A stretch of 59,516 bases of DNA from Chiloscyllium plagiosum. Its lineage: Eukaryota. The stretch spans positions 20,978,138 through 21,037,653 of the forward strand of contig NC_057719.1 of the NCBI RefSeq assembly GCF_004010195.1, read 5' to 3'. Positions within the stretch are counted from its first letter, which is position 1. The number at the start of each line of letters is the position of its first letter. Below the pieces are notes generated by a model. The model made no database searches. It worked only from the letters and a program-made list of their open reading frames with translations, and had not been told where the DNA came from. The position numbers and the translations under genes were made by a program. This document shows positions 25,096 through 38,750 of this stretch, in pieces.

Positions 25096-26022
25096 GTTGA
25101 CACTGTTGTACACTCAGGAACTTCTCAGTTTTACTGAAATATTTCTATATTTTAAAAATCTCACTTTTGTACAGCATGAAACAATTAGAAATCATTTACT
25201 TTTTTAAAATGGCAGTGAACGGTTATTGACATTCCTTGGTTTACTTCAATTGTATGACTGTCATAGGAAATTTCTGAAGTGTAGTTGGGAAGTGAGATTT
25301 ATTTAGAAGTAACAATGAGTATCAGCTAACCAAAGGGTTTCAAAATGATTCTTAAATGCGTATTGGACAGCTAATAAGCCTTTGAGCCTTTTAGAAATAC
25401 AAACATGACAATGAACTATTATAAATATGAATGAACAACATAATCAACATAAACACTAAAACATTCCATAAACTGGCTTTGGATAATTTTTAAATTAGTA
25501 GGAGATCCCTTATTGTCAATTTTCTATTTTGCATGGTCAGTGAAAGTCAGCCACTTCCTTCTTGTTACATGTTGTCTGTAACATGCAAGCATACATCGAA
25601 AGTACTGTCACAGTAAAAATACAGAAACGTTATTTTCAGTCAGAGATTTGTTTGGTGCCAATAATGAGGAACTATTTTGAGTTATGGTAACTGTACTTTT
25701 AAACTATTCACCAAACCTTGGGGACACACATTCTATTAACATAATGCAAGAAAGTTCATAAAATTCTTAAATAACATGCTTAAAAGCACAATCACCAGGA
25801 AGCAGGCAAAAAGCACAAACATACGAAAACCACAAGGGTTTTGAGACCTTGATGTAAAAACAACACAACCAAAATTGTACACTTGAGAGTTTGAGTGATG
25901 ATAAATAGCAAGCAAAAGAATTCACTAAGAAAACCAATTGTGGAGAAATTTTGATGCAATCTCTTTTTGTGTCTTACTAGCTCAACACCGTGAATGTCGC
26001 TCCTCGACAAATGATGGCATTT

Positions 26023-27222
26023 AACATAGAACATAGAACATAGAACAATACAGCACAGAACAGGCCCTTCGGCCCACGATGTTGTGCCGAACTTCTAACC
26101 TAGATTAAGTACCCATTCATGTACCTATCCAAATGCCGCTTAAAGGTCGCCAATGATTCCGACTCTACCACTCCCACGGGCAGTGCATTCCATGCCTCCA
26201 CCACTCTCTGGGTAAAGAACCCACCCCTGACATCTCCCCTATACCTTCCACCCTTCACCTTAAATTTATGTCCCCTTGTAACACTCTGTTGTACCCGGGG
26301 AAAAAGTTTCTGACTGTCTACTCTATCTATTCCTCTGATCATCTTATAAACCCCTATCAAGTCACCCCTCATCCTTCGCCGTTCCAACGAGAAAAGGCCG
26401 AGAACTCTCAACCTATCCTCGTACGACTTCCTCTCCATTCCAGGCAACATCCTGGTAAATCTTCTCTGCATCCTCTCCAAAGCTTCCACATCTTTCCTAA
26501 AGTGAGGCGACCAGAACTGCACACAGTACTCCAAATGTGTCCTAACCAAAGTCCTGTACAGCTGTAACATCACTTCATGACTCTTGAATTCAATCCCTCT
26601 GCTAATGTACGATAATACTCCATAGGCCTTCTTACAAACTCTATCCACCTGAGTTGCAACCTTCAAAGATCTATGTACATAGACCCTAAGATCCCTCTGT
26701 TCCTCCACCTCACTAAGAACCCTACCGTTAACCCTGTATTCCGCATTCTTATTTGTTCTTCCAATATGGACAACCTCACACTTGGCAGGGTTGGACTCCA
26801 TCTGCCACTCCTCAGCCCAGCTCTGCATCATATCTAAGTCCCTCTGCAGCCGACAACAGCCCTCCTCACTGTCCACAACTCCACTTATCTTCGTATCATC
26901 TGCAAATTTACTGACCCACCCTTCGACTCCCTCATCTAAGTCATTAATAAAAATTACAAACAGCAGAGGACCCAGAACTGATCCCTGCGGAACTCCACTT
27001 GTAACTGGGCTCCAGGCTGAATATTTACCATCTACCACCACTCTCTGCCTTCGACCGGTTAGCCAGTTTTCTATCCAATTGGCCAAATTTCCCTCTATCC
27101 CATGCCTCCTGACTTTCCGCATAAGCCTACCATGGGGAACCTTATCAAATGCCTTACTAAAATCCATGTACACTACATCCACTGCTCTACCCTCATCCAC
27201 ATGCTTGGTCACCTCCTCGAAG
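26023..27222 (-). mobile_element. Young 5'-truncated CR1 LINE with uninterrupted 370-aa RT C-terminal ORF (26100-27212)
   Basis: YMDFSKAFDKVPH, GVPQGSVLGPLLF and KFADDTK motifs with no stops; perfect (GTTCTAT)n tail. Confidence 0.95.
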
Positions 27223-27849
27223 AATTTCTTACCAAAAATGCATTAAACTGATAGAAGGGGCACATTTCTCATAAGGCGCATTTGTCATAAGCGTGATTCA
27301 CGTTTCATTTCACATTTCAGCTCATTTTTTTTTGGAAGAAATAATTGTAACACTTTTTAAAGGATAGTTGCTAAGACGCTTAGAGTCAGAGTGAAATAAT
27401 AATTCTGATTGGTTGCAAAGCATGAGAAGGAGGATATCTAGTTCAGGAATAGGTAGGACTGAAAAGTGGAGAGATAATTGTAATTGTACAGAATCACCAT
27501 TTACAGTCTTCTTTACAGTCCTGATTTCCATATTACAAAAAAGTTCTAGAGATAATGGTGAAGATGAACAAACAAGTATTGAAAAAGGGATGGCTCAGAA
27601 GTGATCAGTTAGATGTTTGAGGTGATTAAAAAATTGGTCAGTGATGCATAGAGAAATTGTGTTACTCATGGAAGTGACCAGAATTTGGTCTCATCAATAC
27701 AAAAACAAAACTCAGGGTTTTCTATGAGAAACAAGTCAAGAATGTGATGAAATATTCTACACTTAACTGGATTGGATTCCTTACAACAATATTCAGAAAA
27801 GTTATCAGATTCCAAGATAAAATAGCCTGTTTTATTGGCACAAATTGAC

Positions 27850-28225
27850 CTCCTCAATGCATAGGCGCTACAAAGTAAAGCATCTACATGATGGAGGTGA
27901 CAACTCACCAGGTTTTTACCAACAGCACCTTTTAAACCTGCAGACTGCACCGTCTAGAAGGGTCAGAGAAACTGAAACATGGAAACAATAATCTTCAAGA
28001 TTCCCTCCAGATCAGACATGATCCTGACTTGGAATTGTACCACCACGCCTTCAATGTCACAGGATCTAAATGCTGGAATTCCCACCCTAAAACCACTGTG
28101 GGTGTATCTACCACACAGACTGCAGTGGCTAGAGAAGAAGGCTCACCACATCTTCTCAAGGGCAAGAAGAAGACAGCAATAAACACTGGCCTTGCCAACA
28201 ATGCTTTGATTTTATGATTGAAAGG
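27850..28225 (+). mobile_element. 3' end of a second LINE family (jockey/L2/CR1-like)
   Basis: gctcaccacatcttctcaagggcaa...caataaacactggccttgccaacaatgc; homologous to 37690-38395 and to the SINE tails. Confidence 0.65.
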
Positions 28226-28549
28226 AAGAAGTCACTAATAAATCAAATAGGGAACTGGGAGAAACGTCTTTGGCCAGTGAGTGATGATAATGCAGAACTC
28301 ACTGCTACAAACAGCAGCTGAGGTAAAGATGTTTAAGCAGTAAATGGACTAAACTTGAGGAATAAAACAATAGAAACTTATTCTAATAGATTAAATCAAG
28401 TAGGATTAAAAATTGAAATACTTACCTGTGTTTGTGCAACATGCTCTGTACAATTCTGCGAATGGAATTTAATGTTAAAAATGTTGCCGTCTCTCCATCA
28501 CTCAGTAAGCCAGAGACAAACCCAACCTGGTCATTTCACGATGGTACCG

Positions 28550-30017
28550 GCATGGTAAGTAGTGTTTGGCTCATTGGAGCCCGTTTGTTCCAACCCAGCA
28601 GCTTCTTTATCCTGATGTACTTTTAATCTTTTTTTCTTTTCTTCCTTTCTTCTTAAGTCTGCAGCAGAGTCGGCTGGGCAATAACTGCAGCATCAATGGT
28701 ATGGTGGGTGTCCAGAGTCTGGAGTCTTGGTGGTAGAGTCATAGAATCATGGAGTCATACAGCACAGAAACAGACCCTTCACTCCAACTAGTCCATGCCA
28801 ACCATAATCTCAAGCTAAACTAGTCTCACCTGCCTGCACTTGGCCCATATCCCTCCAAACATTTCTTATTCATGCACTTATCTAAATGTAAGTTAAACAT
28901 TGTAATTGTACCCACATTCAACACTTCCTCTGGAAGTTCATTCTATACACAAACTCGTCTCTGTGTTAAAACGTTATCCCTTGTGCTCTTTTAAGAGCTC
29001 ATTCCTCTCACATTAAAAATGTGCTCCTAGTCTTGAAACTCCCCCATCCTAGGGAAAAGACACCTGCCATTCCCCTCATCTTTACTCCTCATGATTTTAA
29101 CTTTGTGTCCAGTTGGCAAGCTCACCGTGAATCCCAGGTGATCTAACTTTATTAATTAGTCTACTATAATGAACCTTTTCAAAGGCTTTATTAAAGTCCA
29201 AATAAACAATGTCTACTGCTCTGCTTCCATGATCTCTTTGGTTACTTCCTCAAAAAATTCAATCAGTATGTGAGATATGATTTCCGTTGCACAAAACCTT
29301 AATCATTCCTTACCTCTTTAAATGCATGTAAGTCCTATCTTTCAGAATCACTTCCAACAACCTACCCAACACGAAAGTCATACTCAAAGTCTGTAGTTCC
29401 CAGGCTTCTCCTTACATCTCTTCTTATATAGAGGCACAAAATTAGCCACCCTCCAGCACCTCACCCGATTTTATAGATGATACAAATATTTCTACAAGAG
29501 GTAGGCCTGGACCCTGGTGTCCCGTCAGTGGTAGGCCTGGAGCCTGAAATTGTGTTGACACCTGGAGTGGGGACTCCTGGCGGCATTAAGTCCAGACTCT
29601 TAGAGTCAGCAGTACCTGGAGCAGGATTCCAGGCAGCGTTAGGCCCCAAGCCTGGAATTGTGGCAGTTCCCAGAGCGTGGACTTCTGGCAACTTAGGCCT
29701 GGAGTCTGGACTCTTTGCAGTGTTGACGAGGCAATGGGAACAGAGCCCAGGTCTCCTGGGGCATCAGCGTCATCATTGCTGTTCCCAGAGTGGGACTTCT
29801 GAGGACCGGAACCCCTTGCAGTGACCTTGCAGAAACCCTAAAGTCATACTTAAGACCCCAGTTTGAACAGAAGGTTTACTTGTTTTTAAGTAATTTCTTT
29901 TTAATCCTTATTATACCTGAAAATGGCATTGAATTATGGTGACAAAACACTTTTCATTTTATCTTCAAGATATATGTGACAATAAATAAATCGGTCATTC
30001 ATTCATTCATTCATTCA
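28550..30017 (+). mobile_element. Non-autonomous retroposon with GC-rich subrepeats and (ATTC)n tail, interrupted by CR1 fragments
   Basis: ggcctggag/cctgg subrepeats at 29500-29760; end gtgacaataaataaatcgg(tcat)n at 29977-30017. Boundaries are approximate. Confidence 0.5.
28736..29495 (-). mobile_element. CR1 fragments (3' end plus RT pieces)
   Basis: (catagagt)n-type tail and 3' UTR like 59134; degraded DFNKAFEKV and NYRL.. motifs. Confidence 0.75.
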
Positions 30018-33000
30018 GGAGACCCATCAGGATGAAATCCTAGTCAGGCAGGTCTACTGGCTGCTGTCTGCATTCTTGCTCCTCAAAAGGGAATTTCCCA
30101 AAGTAATTATTCCTTCAGAATGGATGTCCCACCTCTGATACAGATCCATCAATAGTCAGATGCTGACACCTTTCTAAAGCCAGCAGCACCCCAGGAGAGG
30201 TATCCACTGACTGTACAATAGTAGGATCACAGCCCATGATCATCCCTGGAACTCCGGGACATTGATGATTTCTGCAAGTCTCACACTTATTGCCCGAGTA
30301 TCCTTGAGGGCAGAACATATCTGGAAAAAAGAACCTCTTACCAATCTTACCACCGTATTCACCTGTAGTTTCCCCACATGGTGTTCCCCCTCCACTCACT
30401 TCCATGGCTGATAGAACACTAACAGTAACAGTATAAGGCCTTTAGGTGACAAATTCAGGGCTTCCACACTCCTCTATGAAGGAAGGCCTTTCTCAAATTC
30501 CACAATTCAAACTTAATTGGGACTGAGTTGAGAAGGTTTCAGGTTGTCCATCTTGAGATTACCTTCTCCTTTATATTGCATCCATCATTGTTCACCTCTC
30601 CCTCTAATACTGCTCCCATATGCATCATTAACTTCCATCCCAATTTTAAGAACAATTCAATTAAAATGTGAAAACATAGTGTTTTTGACATGCCTCATTT
30701 CTAACACAATTATTTCCATCATTGCTTGGAGAGGTAATCATGTCTCCTTGCACAGTGCAGTTCTGCCAGTGAAGCAGTTTATGGAGATTGCTCATCAAAC
30801 TCAGATCGCTTTGTCACCCCACCTCTCTCCCTGGCTTAAATAAAAACACTGCTTAAAACATAACTCTTTGCCCAAACATTTGGTCAACTATCCTAATGCC
30901 TCCTTCAATAACAATTTATTTTAGTTGATTAAATTCCTTTGGAGAGCTTTGAGGTGTCCTACTACCTTAAAGATGCTATAGAAAAGAAAGTTCTAGTATT
31001 AGTTTATTACCCAATTTAGTACTCCACTCTGCACTCAGAACTGCTATAACTTTCTTGTGATGAGTGGGAAAACCCACCCTGTGATTCTCCCCAGACAAAA
31101 TTAGTGCCGTTAGCAGGGAAAAAAAAACATTAGGCTGGTGATGTGATTGGTCAGCTTGCTTTAGAAAGGCTAGGGTTCAGGTTCTATCTCATCCACATGT
31201 GGAGGAAGTTGGATTTGAACCCATCCAGACAAGTTGATTTTAAAAATGCAAGAAAATTCACCATCAAGATCAATATCTAAACCAAAGACAAGGGTTTCTA
31301 ATCTGATATCAGTGTTTATTTATAATATGTTATTTGAATATTTTCACTTATTTAAAGTGAGTTACATCCATAAATGGTCAAAACCCAATTTCTGTTAGCT
31401 CTAATAACTTTTAATAGAATTGGATAGTGCCAGATTAAATCTGCTTAATGAAAATATAATGTAAATCAATGATAAACTGCATTAGTGGTCAATTCTAAGA
31501 AATCAGAATCAGAGTTCCCTAGACGAAGGTGGCTAACAATTAAACAAAGCAGTAACTTATGAAATAATGAGCAACAGGAATAATTACAGTAATTAAGAAT
31601 TCCTCCTTTAAAACTCAAGTCCTTTGATTAAGCTTTCTCATTTACTCTTTTGTAAAACTCAAGTACCAATAAATTAATTTGACATTGAGATATTTTCTTC
31701 AGATGTTGAGATCCTTTGCTGTGAAAATCACCACACACAAAATTTTGTCACACATTAACCATGAATCAATATGTTTATTTTATTGATGAGAAAAATAGAT
31801 TTAATTAAAATATACATTTATGTGTTTATTTTAAGAAAGGATATTAATAAATTGGAGTAAAAGGAAGGAGGTAGATCTGAGGAATAACCTAGTCATGACC
31901 TAATGTAAGGTCAAAACTGGCTTGAGGGGCTAAATGGCCTATCATGTCACTATGAGTGAAAAAAAATGACATTTGTCCCTATAACTTCAGAAGTAACTTA
32001 ATAGCTTTCCATAGAATCATAAATAGTTATTAACGTTATGTAGTTCCATTCTTCTTCCTTTTCTTTATTATCTCCTGAAATCTCCACAATCTACATTTCA
32101 GAAGAAAACTATAGTGTTCAACACTCGTAGTGATGAACACAAACTAAAATATTGGTGACTCCAAAACAAAATATCTACAAATTCCTTTCATAAATTAAGG
32201 AAGCAAAGCTAAAAACCACAACGTGTCATGCAGGAAAGCAATAAAGTTCACAAAAGAATCAAAGAGATGATTAGAGTCAGGCCTTGAAAGTATTAGTTGG
32301 GGAACATAATCACTACTATTCTTACAGCCATTAAAAAATTAATTGTCATTTAATTGTCATAAAAATTGTCATTTAAAAACTTTGAAACATTTCTGATAGA
32401 CATGATAAAACTGACAGATAAGTTCAAGTCTCATCAACTAATAATGTTGAATTCAATCTCCTGGGAAATGTCAATAATGTCGTATCAGCAGACCAATCCT
32501 GCACAATTGACTTCACTATATTTAAATATACCACAGGATCAAATGATATTGAATCAACTGATTTACTGATAATTATACATCTGGAAACTATTAGGAGATT
32601 TTATGGATCTTAAATGTCACAATGTTTGCAGTAGCCTTCTCGCAATGATTGCTCTAATACTCTTGTAAATCTGCAGTTCTGTTCACAATGCAAAGTTACA
32701 TTTGGATTGGAATTAGGTAAACTGAGACTGAATCTTTACGACCATTTATGTTTTATGTAGGAGTACATCAGCATCCTTTGAAATTAGGGGCTAGATTAAT
32801 TGCCAAGCCAGCAAATGCAGATCCTTGAGATTGGCACTTTCTAACAGGAGACTGGTGCTATAATATACACATTGTATAGTCTTCAGTTCTTCCATAGCAA
32901 TGTTGAAATCACCACCCACGGTAACTATTTTTTGAACTGAACAGATCAACTGAGATTCATCTTTATCTGTAGCAAGCATTTTTGTAAAAGATCCAGATGA

Positions 33001-33412
33001 TATACAGGAAACTTTCGCCTTCTCAGCAGTTATCAGGTCCAGCTTATGTACAAATCCTCTGTTGGGAAAAACAATATTCATCCAGTATTATTATAACTAA
33101 GATGAACAACCATACAATTATATCTTTAAACAACCATTTTCAAATTATCCGAAGTTCAATGTTGAGGGCTTCTAATTAATAGCAGGACCTCTTCTTCCAG
33201 GATCTCTTACATGCGTACTGTGAAAAATTGCTTTGATAATCATTTCCAGTTACATGTTGGTGATAATGTTAAACAAACCCAGTGGAGGTTTTTCAACAGA
33301 AGTGATTGTCTGTTTCCCTTCTTTATAGAAGATGGCTATTTTTCCTCTGTTGTGCATTTAAGCGTGACACAATTTACCACAGAGTAGGTAAGGATTAAAT
33401 GTATAATCCTTC

Positions 33413-33546
33413 AGTTCTGAAGAAGAGTCATACCAGACTCAAAATGTTAACTCTGTTCTCTCTTCGCAGATTTTACTAGGCCTGTTAAGTTTCTTCAGCA
33501 TTCCCTGTGTTTGTTTCAGGTTTCCAGAATCTGCAGTTCCCTTTTA
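33413..33546 (+). mobile_element. Penelope-like family B pLTR fragment with decayed hammerhead
   Basis: agtt-CTGAAGA-a-GAGTC-atacca-GACTC-AAAATGTT-aact; the G of GAAA is mutated. Confidence 0.7.
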
Positions 33547-34094
33547 TGAAACGCATAAAGGTGAGATTGTCTGACCTTTCCACATTACCTGTTGCCCTTC
33601 GTTGCCTGTATTATTGCTGTTTGAAAGAAACCAAGCCAATACTTGAGTCCCCAAGTTGCTCTGTCAGAATGAATTAAGCTGAATCCCCATGGTTGTAAGT
33701 AGAAGTTTGAAAGTTCTATAGAATTCCCTTTTTTCCAACTCAACATATAGGTCAATTGTCATACTTCCTGGATTCAGACAACAGCTACTTATACACATAG
33801 TTACTTAAACCCACCCGTTCAAACATGTTATGACACACACATAGGACTTGAATGTTTATCTCCTGGCTCAGAGGTAAGGGCACTACTACTGTACCACAAA
33901 ATCTTTATTTGCATTTACATAGTGATTGTAACTTAAACAAAAATTACCCAATATACTTCGCATGCACTTCACAAAAATATGTTTGGTGGACTCTGCAACC
34001 AAAAACTTTGCTAAAGTGATGAGACTTAAGTAACAGTTTAAATGAGATAATCAGATAAAGGGACAGAGAGATTTAGGGAGGGATTTCTAAAGAA

Positions 34095-34315
34095 AAGACA
34101 AAATAAAGTCACCACATTCTTACCAGACCATTGGGCTGCTCTTTCATTAGAGAGAGATTAGTGGTGGCTTAACCTGAGGATCACCACATCTCAAACAGAG
34201 GGAAAGGTTGATAAGGAGCATCCATCATGATAATGTCAGCCAATGTGCGAAACGAATGCATGCATTATTCTGCATTGCAGACCAGCTGTCTATTTAATTT
34301 GGCTAATTGACCCTC
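34095..34315 (-). mobile_element. Old SINE-like repeat
   Basis: Degenerate tRNA-like head on the minus strand (gggtcaattagccaaatt...ctggtctgcaatgcag) and tail ...ggtgactttattt. Confidence 0.45.
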
Positions 34316-36053
34316 TGAGCGAATTTTACAATGGTTGCCATAGTGAAGGAAATAGGAGACATCCATGACACCAGACTTCAAAGATTGCAGGATCTTCAGA
34401 AGGATTATGGGGCTGGAAAAGGTTGCAGATATGATGGCAGTGAAGACCTCGAATAATTTTAAAATGTTGGCAGACCTGAAGTCAATTTAGGTTAGTTAAC
34501 TCAGAAGTGATGGGTGAAAAGACGAAATAAAGGATAGGACAACAAATTACAAACAAACATTTTCCTTTATGAAAGGAAATTGAAGACAATGTGAAAATTT
34601 GGATCAATGGTTGCTTTGACTCACAGTTATTAAGTTGATCTTAATACATCAATTGTTTCATTGAACAGGCAGCTTTTGTGGAATAATAACCATTTAACAT
34701 TTGCTGGCAAAGACTTGTAGACACTCCATACTTGCTGGAATGATGCTGTTTTGTTTGTACTCATGTGGAGTGTTTTTAAATGACTTTTGATGTCAAAAAA
34801 CCCCATTATATTACAAACTGGAAGTCAGATTGCAAATTGACTCCTGAGGATGTTAAAGCTAGAAGGCATGCAATCTCTCAAAGATAATATAACATCACTT
34901 GTGCTTTGTCCAGGACGTAGAATATATCTAGTGCTGCACAATGCCTTGTTCAAAAATATAATGTGGCTTATTTCACCACTTGTGAATATAATAAGCTCAC
35001 AGTAAGAAATCCCAGGCTACAGTGAGACAATACTCTGTTACTGATAACCAAAAATCAGCTTGTGGCTAAATGTACAGGTGCAGAGTTCTCTTGTCACTGA
35101 GCTCAATATAACCGAAGGGGAGGTGACACAACAACAGACTGTAAAGATACCAGTAAAAAATCGGAACTTATAAAACAATGGCACACAAACAATATGTGAT
35201 TATATTTGCCTTTATCCATCAAAATGTGTGCAAACCATAATTTGATTATCTGTAATATGTAACATTTTGCTGTTAAAGATTCAATCTGTTACTGCAATAT
35301 AATGGGAAGGTTTTTTTTAGCTGCATGGAAATGGTGGGAAAGGCAGTGGAAAGGACAACTAATTGACACAAGGAACATATCTCTCTGCTGTGAAATCTCA
35401 GAAATTAAGTCTGAGCTGAGAAGGCTCATGGCTTACCTTTGCAATTTACCACCAATTAAGGCTCAATTAACAACAACTTAATGTCCTCTTCTGACCTGGG
35501 CTGCAAGTACTTCAGCTCTTGACAGGATGAGAAAGGTCTTACGGAGCTGCCTGGGATCTGCCGGTGGACTGTCAGTTTGGATGAACAGTGTGGTCATCCT
35601 TTTGACCTCAGTACATTTTGTACAATTGATGGACCCAGCCTCAGGCAAGAAGGTGGTCTCTGGGAGCCAGATCTTGCCCTCACCTGTGAATCACTTAGCA
35701 CCTCACCTCTTCCAAAGTCCCACCAGAGAAACCCTCACTAAACAACAAACCTGCCTTACTGCTTTTCCTCCAGTAGTCGTGGCACTAGCCATGACCTTTG
35801 TTGTGGCAGCACCATGTTCAGGAGGTGCCAGCCTCTGACTGCCCAACAGCTCCAGGCAGGCAGAAACTCCCAATCTGGATTTGTAATTCCAATTGCCCAC
35901 TTTCCACAGCCAGTCAGCTAGCTGGCAGACCTTTGAGTCATTGGGTTCTCTCACACAGGCAGTCTACGGTTAATTGCAACAGGCGCTTTAAATCATCGGT
36001 CAGGATTGTTGTGTTTTGGACTAAGTCCAAAAGCAGGAAAGTTAAATGGGGAG

Positions 36054-36222
36054 ACAATAGACAATAGGTGCAGGAGTAGGCCATTCTGCCCTTCAAGCCA
36101 GCTCCACCATTCATTATGATCATGGCTGATCATCCTTAATCAGTACCCTGTTCTTGCCTTATCTCCATAACCCTTGATTCCACTATTCTTGAGAGCTCTA
36201 TCCAACTCTTTCTTAAACGAAT
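36054..36222 (-). mobile_element. CR1 3' end, same subfamily as 899-2838
   Basis: Near-identical to 899-1065, including the gacaatagacaatag tail. Confidence 0.9.
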
Positions 36223-36374
36223 CTTTGCGTCAATATCCTTACAGTTGATATTACTCTGTGGAGTTGCTCTTGATGGATTTTAAACCCATATTATTCAGAT
36301 CCTCCATACTTTGAAAATTGGTTGTTCAGTTTAACGATAAATGCTGTTCATTCAGGAAGGCCTTTGTACCAATT

Positions 36375-36680
36375 TGCAACTTGGTATTATCAGTGGACAG
36401 TTAATCCAGAGACCCAGATAAAGTTCTGGGTACCCTGGTTCAAATCTCGCCACAGCAGATAGTGGAATTTGAATTCAACAAATATCTGGAATTAGAAATC
36501 TAACGGTGACCACAAATTCATTGCCAATTGTTGGGAAAAACTGATCTCGTTCTCCAATGCTTTTTAGGGAAGGAGACCCACAGCAATGTGGTTGATTCTT
36601 AACTACACACTGGGCAAATAAGGATGGGCAATAAATGCTGCCTCGTCAGTGATGCCCTCATCCCATGAATTAATAAAGAA
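36375..36680 (+). mobile_element. tRNA-derived LINE-tailed SINE
   Basis: Reverse-complement homologue of 52672-52995. Confidence 0.8.
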
Positions 36681-36904
36681 AATCTCCTTCTTGCTATTAA
36701 GTATTTAACAATGAGCAGAAGGAAACTTTGGGCTAAATCTTCAGGCGAAGTGTTAGCTTCTGTCAGGTTTTCTGGAGGGTTTCTCTCCACTAGGCCTAAT
36801 GAGCATTCTCACAGTATTTTAAAAACCTCACCTCATGAACCACCCACATTACCGCTCTTGACCAATTCTAGCCTCATTCTGCTGTACCTGGAACAGTATA
36901 AGTA

Positions 36905-37670
36905 GATAATGTGAGGTAATCCTGTTTGATAGCTAAAACAGGAAGATGAATATTTCCTGAATGACAAAAGAGGGAGGTTCAATGACACCTGGGTGTCCTT
37001 GGATACCAGTCAGTGAAAGTAAGCGTGTTGATACAACAAGCAGCAAAGTAGGCATGCTGACCATCCTAGTGAGAGGATTCCAGTACAGGAGCAAGGATGT
37101 CTTGCTGCAATTGTACAGAGCCTTTGTGAGACCATATCTGGAGTAATATAAGCACTTTTGATCACCTTATTTGATTAAACATGTCCTGGCTATGGAGGGA
37201 GTGCAAAAACATTTTATCAGACTGATTCCTCAGATGGCAGGTCTGAAATATGAAGAGAGACTGGATCGGTTAGGACTTATATTCACTGGGGTTTCGAAAC
37301 ATGAGGGGGATCACACAGAAACCTATAAAATTCAAAGAGGACTAGACAGAATTAACAAAAGAAGGTAGTTCCCAATGACCAGGGAGTTCAGCCAACGGGG
37401 ACATGGCCAAAGAATAGAGAGTAATCCATTTATAACTGAGTTGAGAAGAGATTTTCTCAACCAAATCATGATGAGCCTGTGGATTTCACTGCTACAGAAA
37501 GTAGTTGAGGCCAAAGCAATGAATATTTTCAAAAAGGAATTAATTACAGCTGTTAAATTTCAAGGCTTCAAAGAGTATGGGGAGAAAGAGGGAACTGTGT
37601 ACTGATTTGGATGAACAGCAATGATCATTTTGAATGGTGGAGTAGACTTGAAGGGCTGAATGATCTACAG
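36905..37670 (+). mobile_element. Old CR1 3' fragment
   Basis: RGFQYRSKDVLLQLYRAFVRPYLE; YEERLDRLGL. Confidence 0.85.
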
Positions 37671-37689
37671 TTTTTCCATTCACTTGTGG

Positions 37690-38395
37690 GTCAGGATGAA
37701 TTGCTTGACCCCAGTTGCCCTTGAGAAGGTGGTGCCTTGAACTGTCTTCTTGTCCACGGCTGTCCATTTGCTGTGGGTAGAGTCACAATGCTGTCAGGGA
37801 GGGAGTTTGAGACTGTGACCCAGTGACAGTAAACAAATGGCAATAGATTTCCAATGTAGGATGCTGAGTGGTTTGGAGGGGAACTTGCAGCCCATGCTGT
37901 TCCTACGCATCTGTAGTCTCTGTGCTCCAAAATGATAGTGGTCACAGGTTGAGAAGTTGCTGTCTGAGGTGAATTGGTAACTTTCTGCAGTGCATCTTGC
38001 ATATGGTACACACTGCTGTTACTGAGATTCAGTGATGGAGGGAGTGGATGGTGGTGGATGTGGTGCCAATGGTGACTTGATGGTGGACATGCTTTGAGGA
38101 ATCAGAAGCTGAGTTACATACGGAAGTATTCCTAGCCTCTGACAAGCTCTTGTTGCCATGATATTAACAAGGCTAGTCCAGTTCAGTTTCTTGTCAATGG
38201 TAATTCCAAGAGAATTGCTGGTTGAGAATTCAGTGACGGTAACATCATTGTTTGTCAAGTTGCAGTGATTAGATTGTCTCCTTTTAGAGATGGTCCTTGC
38301 CTGACATTTGTGTGGCGTGAATGTTACTTGTGTCTTTTCAGCTCAAGCCTAGATATTATCCAGGTCTTGCTGCCTTTGGTCATGCAGCAAGCACC
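37690..38395 (-). mobile_element. LINE RT C-terminus and 3' UTR (second LINE family)
   Basis: ORF 38019-38258: LGITIDKKLNWTSLVNIMATRACQRLGIL. Confidence 0.8.
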
Positions 38396-38524
38396 TGCTC
38401 CTTTGGATATCCCAAAATAGAATGGCATTCCTAGTGCTTGCGTCATCTTCAAAGGCGATATGCTCCCTGAGAAGGAATTCCAGCCCAGAGCTGACCTTCT
38501 CAATCCCTGATACTTGTCCTGGAC

Positions 38525-38750
38525 ATAACAGACAAAGAAGAGTTGGAACCCCACATTGTGAGCAAGGACTTGGAGGTCCTGCTGAATAGGGTGGTCCAGA
38601 TACAGAATCTCCACCCAGGACCAGCTGTGAACGTCACGGCTCAAGACCATGCCAACCTCATCTGATGTTGCCACTCAGATCAGTGCAGTCTCAACAGTCT
38701 GAAAAAATGCACAGTAATGTAGGAAGAATGTCCATCTCTGCTCTGCCAGT
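38525..38750 (+). pseudogene. Myb/SANT-like DNA-binding ORF relic, likely from a PIF/Harbinger transposon
   Basis: Frameshifted translation EPHIVSKDLEVLLNRVVQ / KTMPTSSDVATQISAVSTV*KNAQ*CRKNV fits the Myb/SANT pattern F...LE.LL...W..VA...R...QC.KK. Confidence 0.55.

Noticed and set aside
26782..27246. 154-aa plus-strand ORF and similar antisense ORFs
   Set aside because: Antisense shadows of CR1 RT reading frames.
29461..29824. Gly/Pro-rich ORFs on both strands, collagen/mucin-like
   Set aside because: They arise from GC-rich subrepeats of a retroposon; no Gly-X-Y periodicity or splice support.
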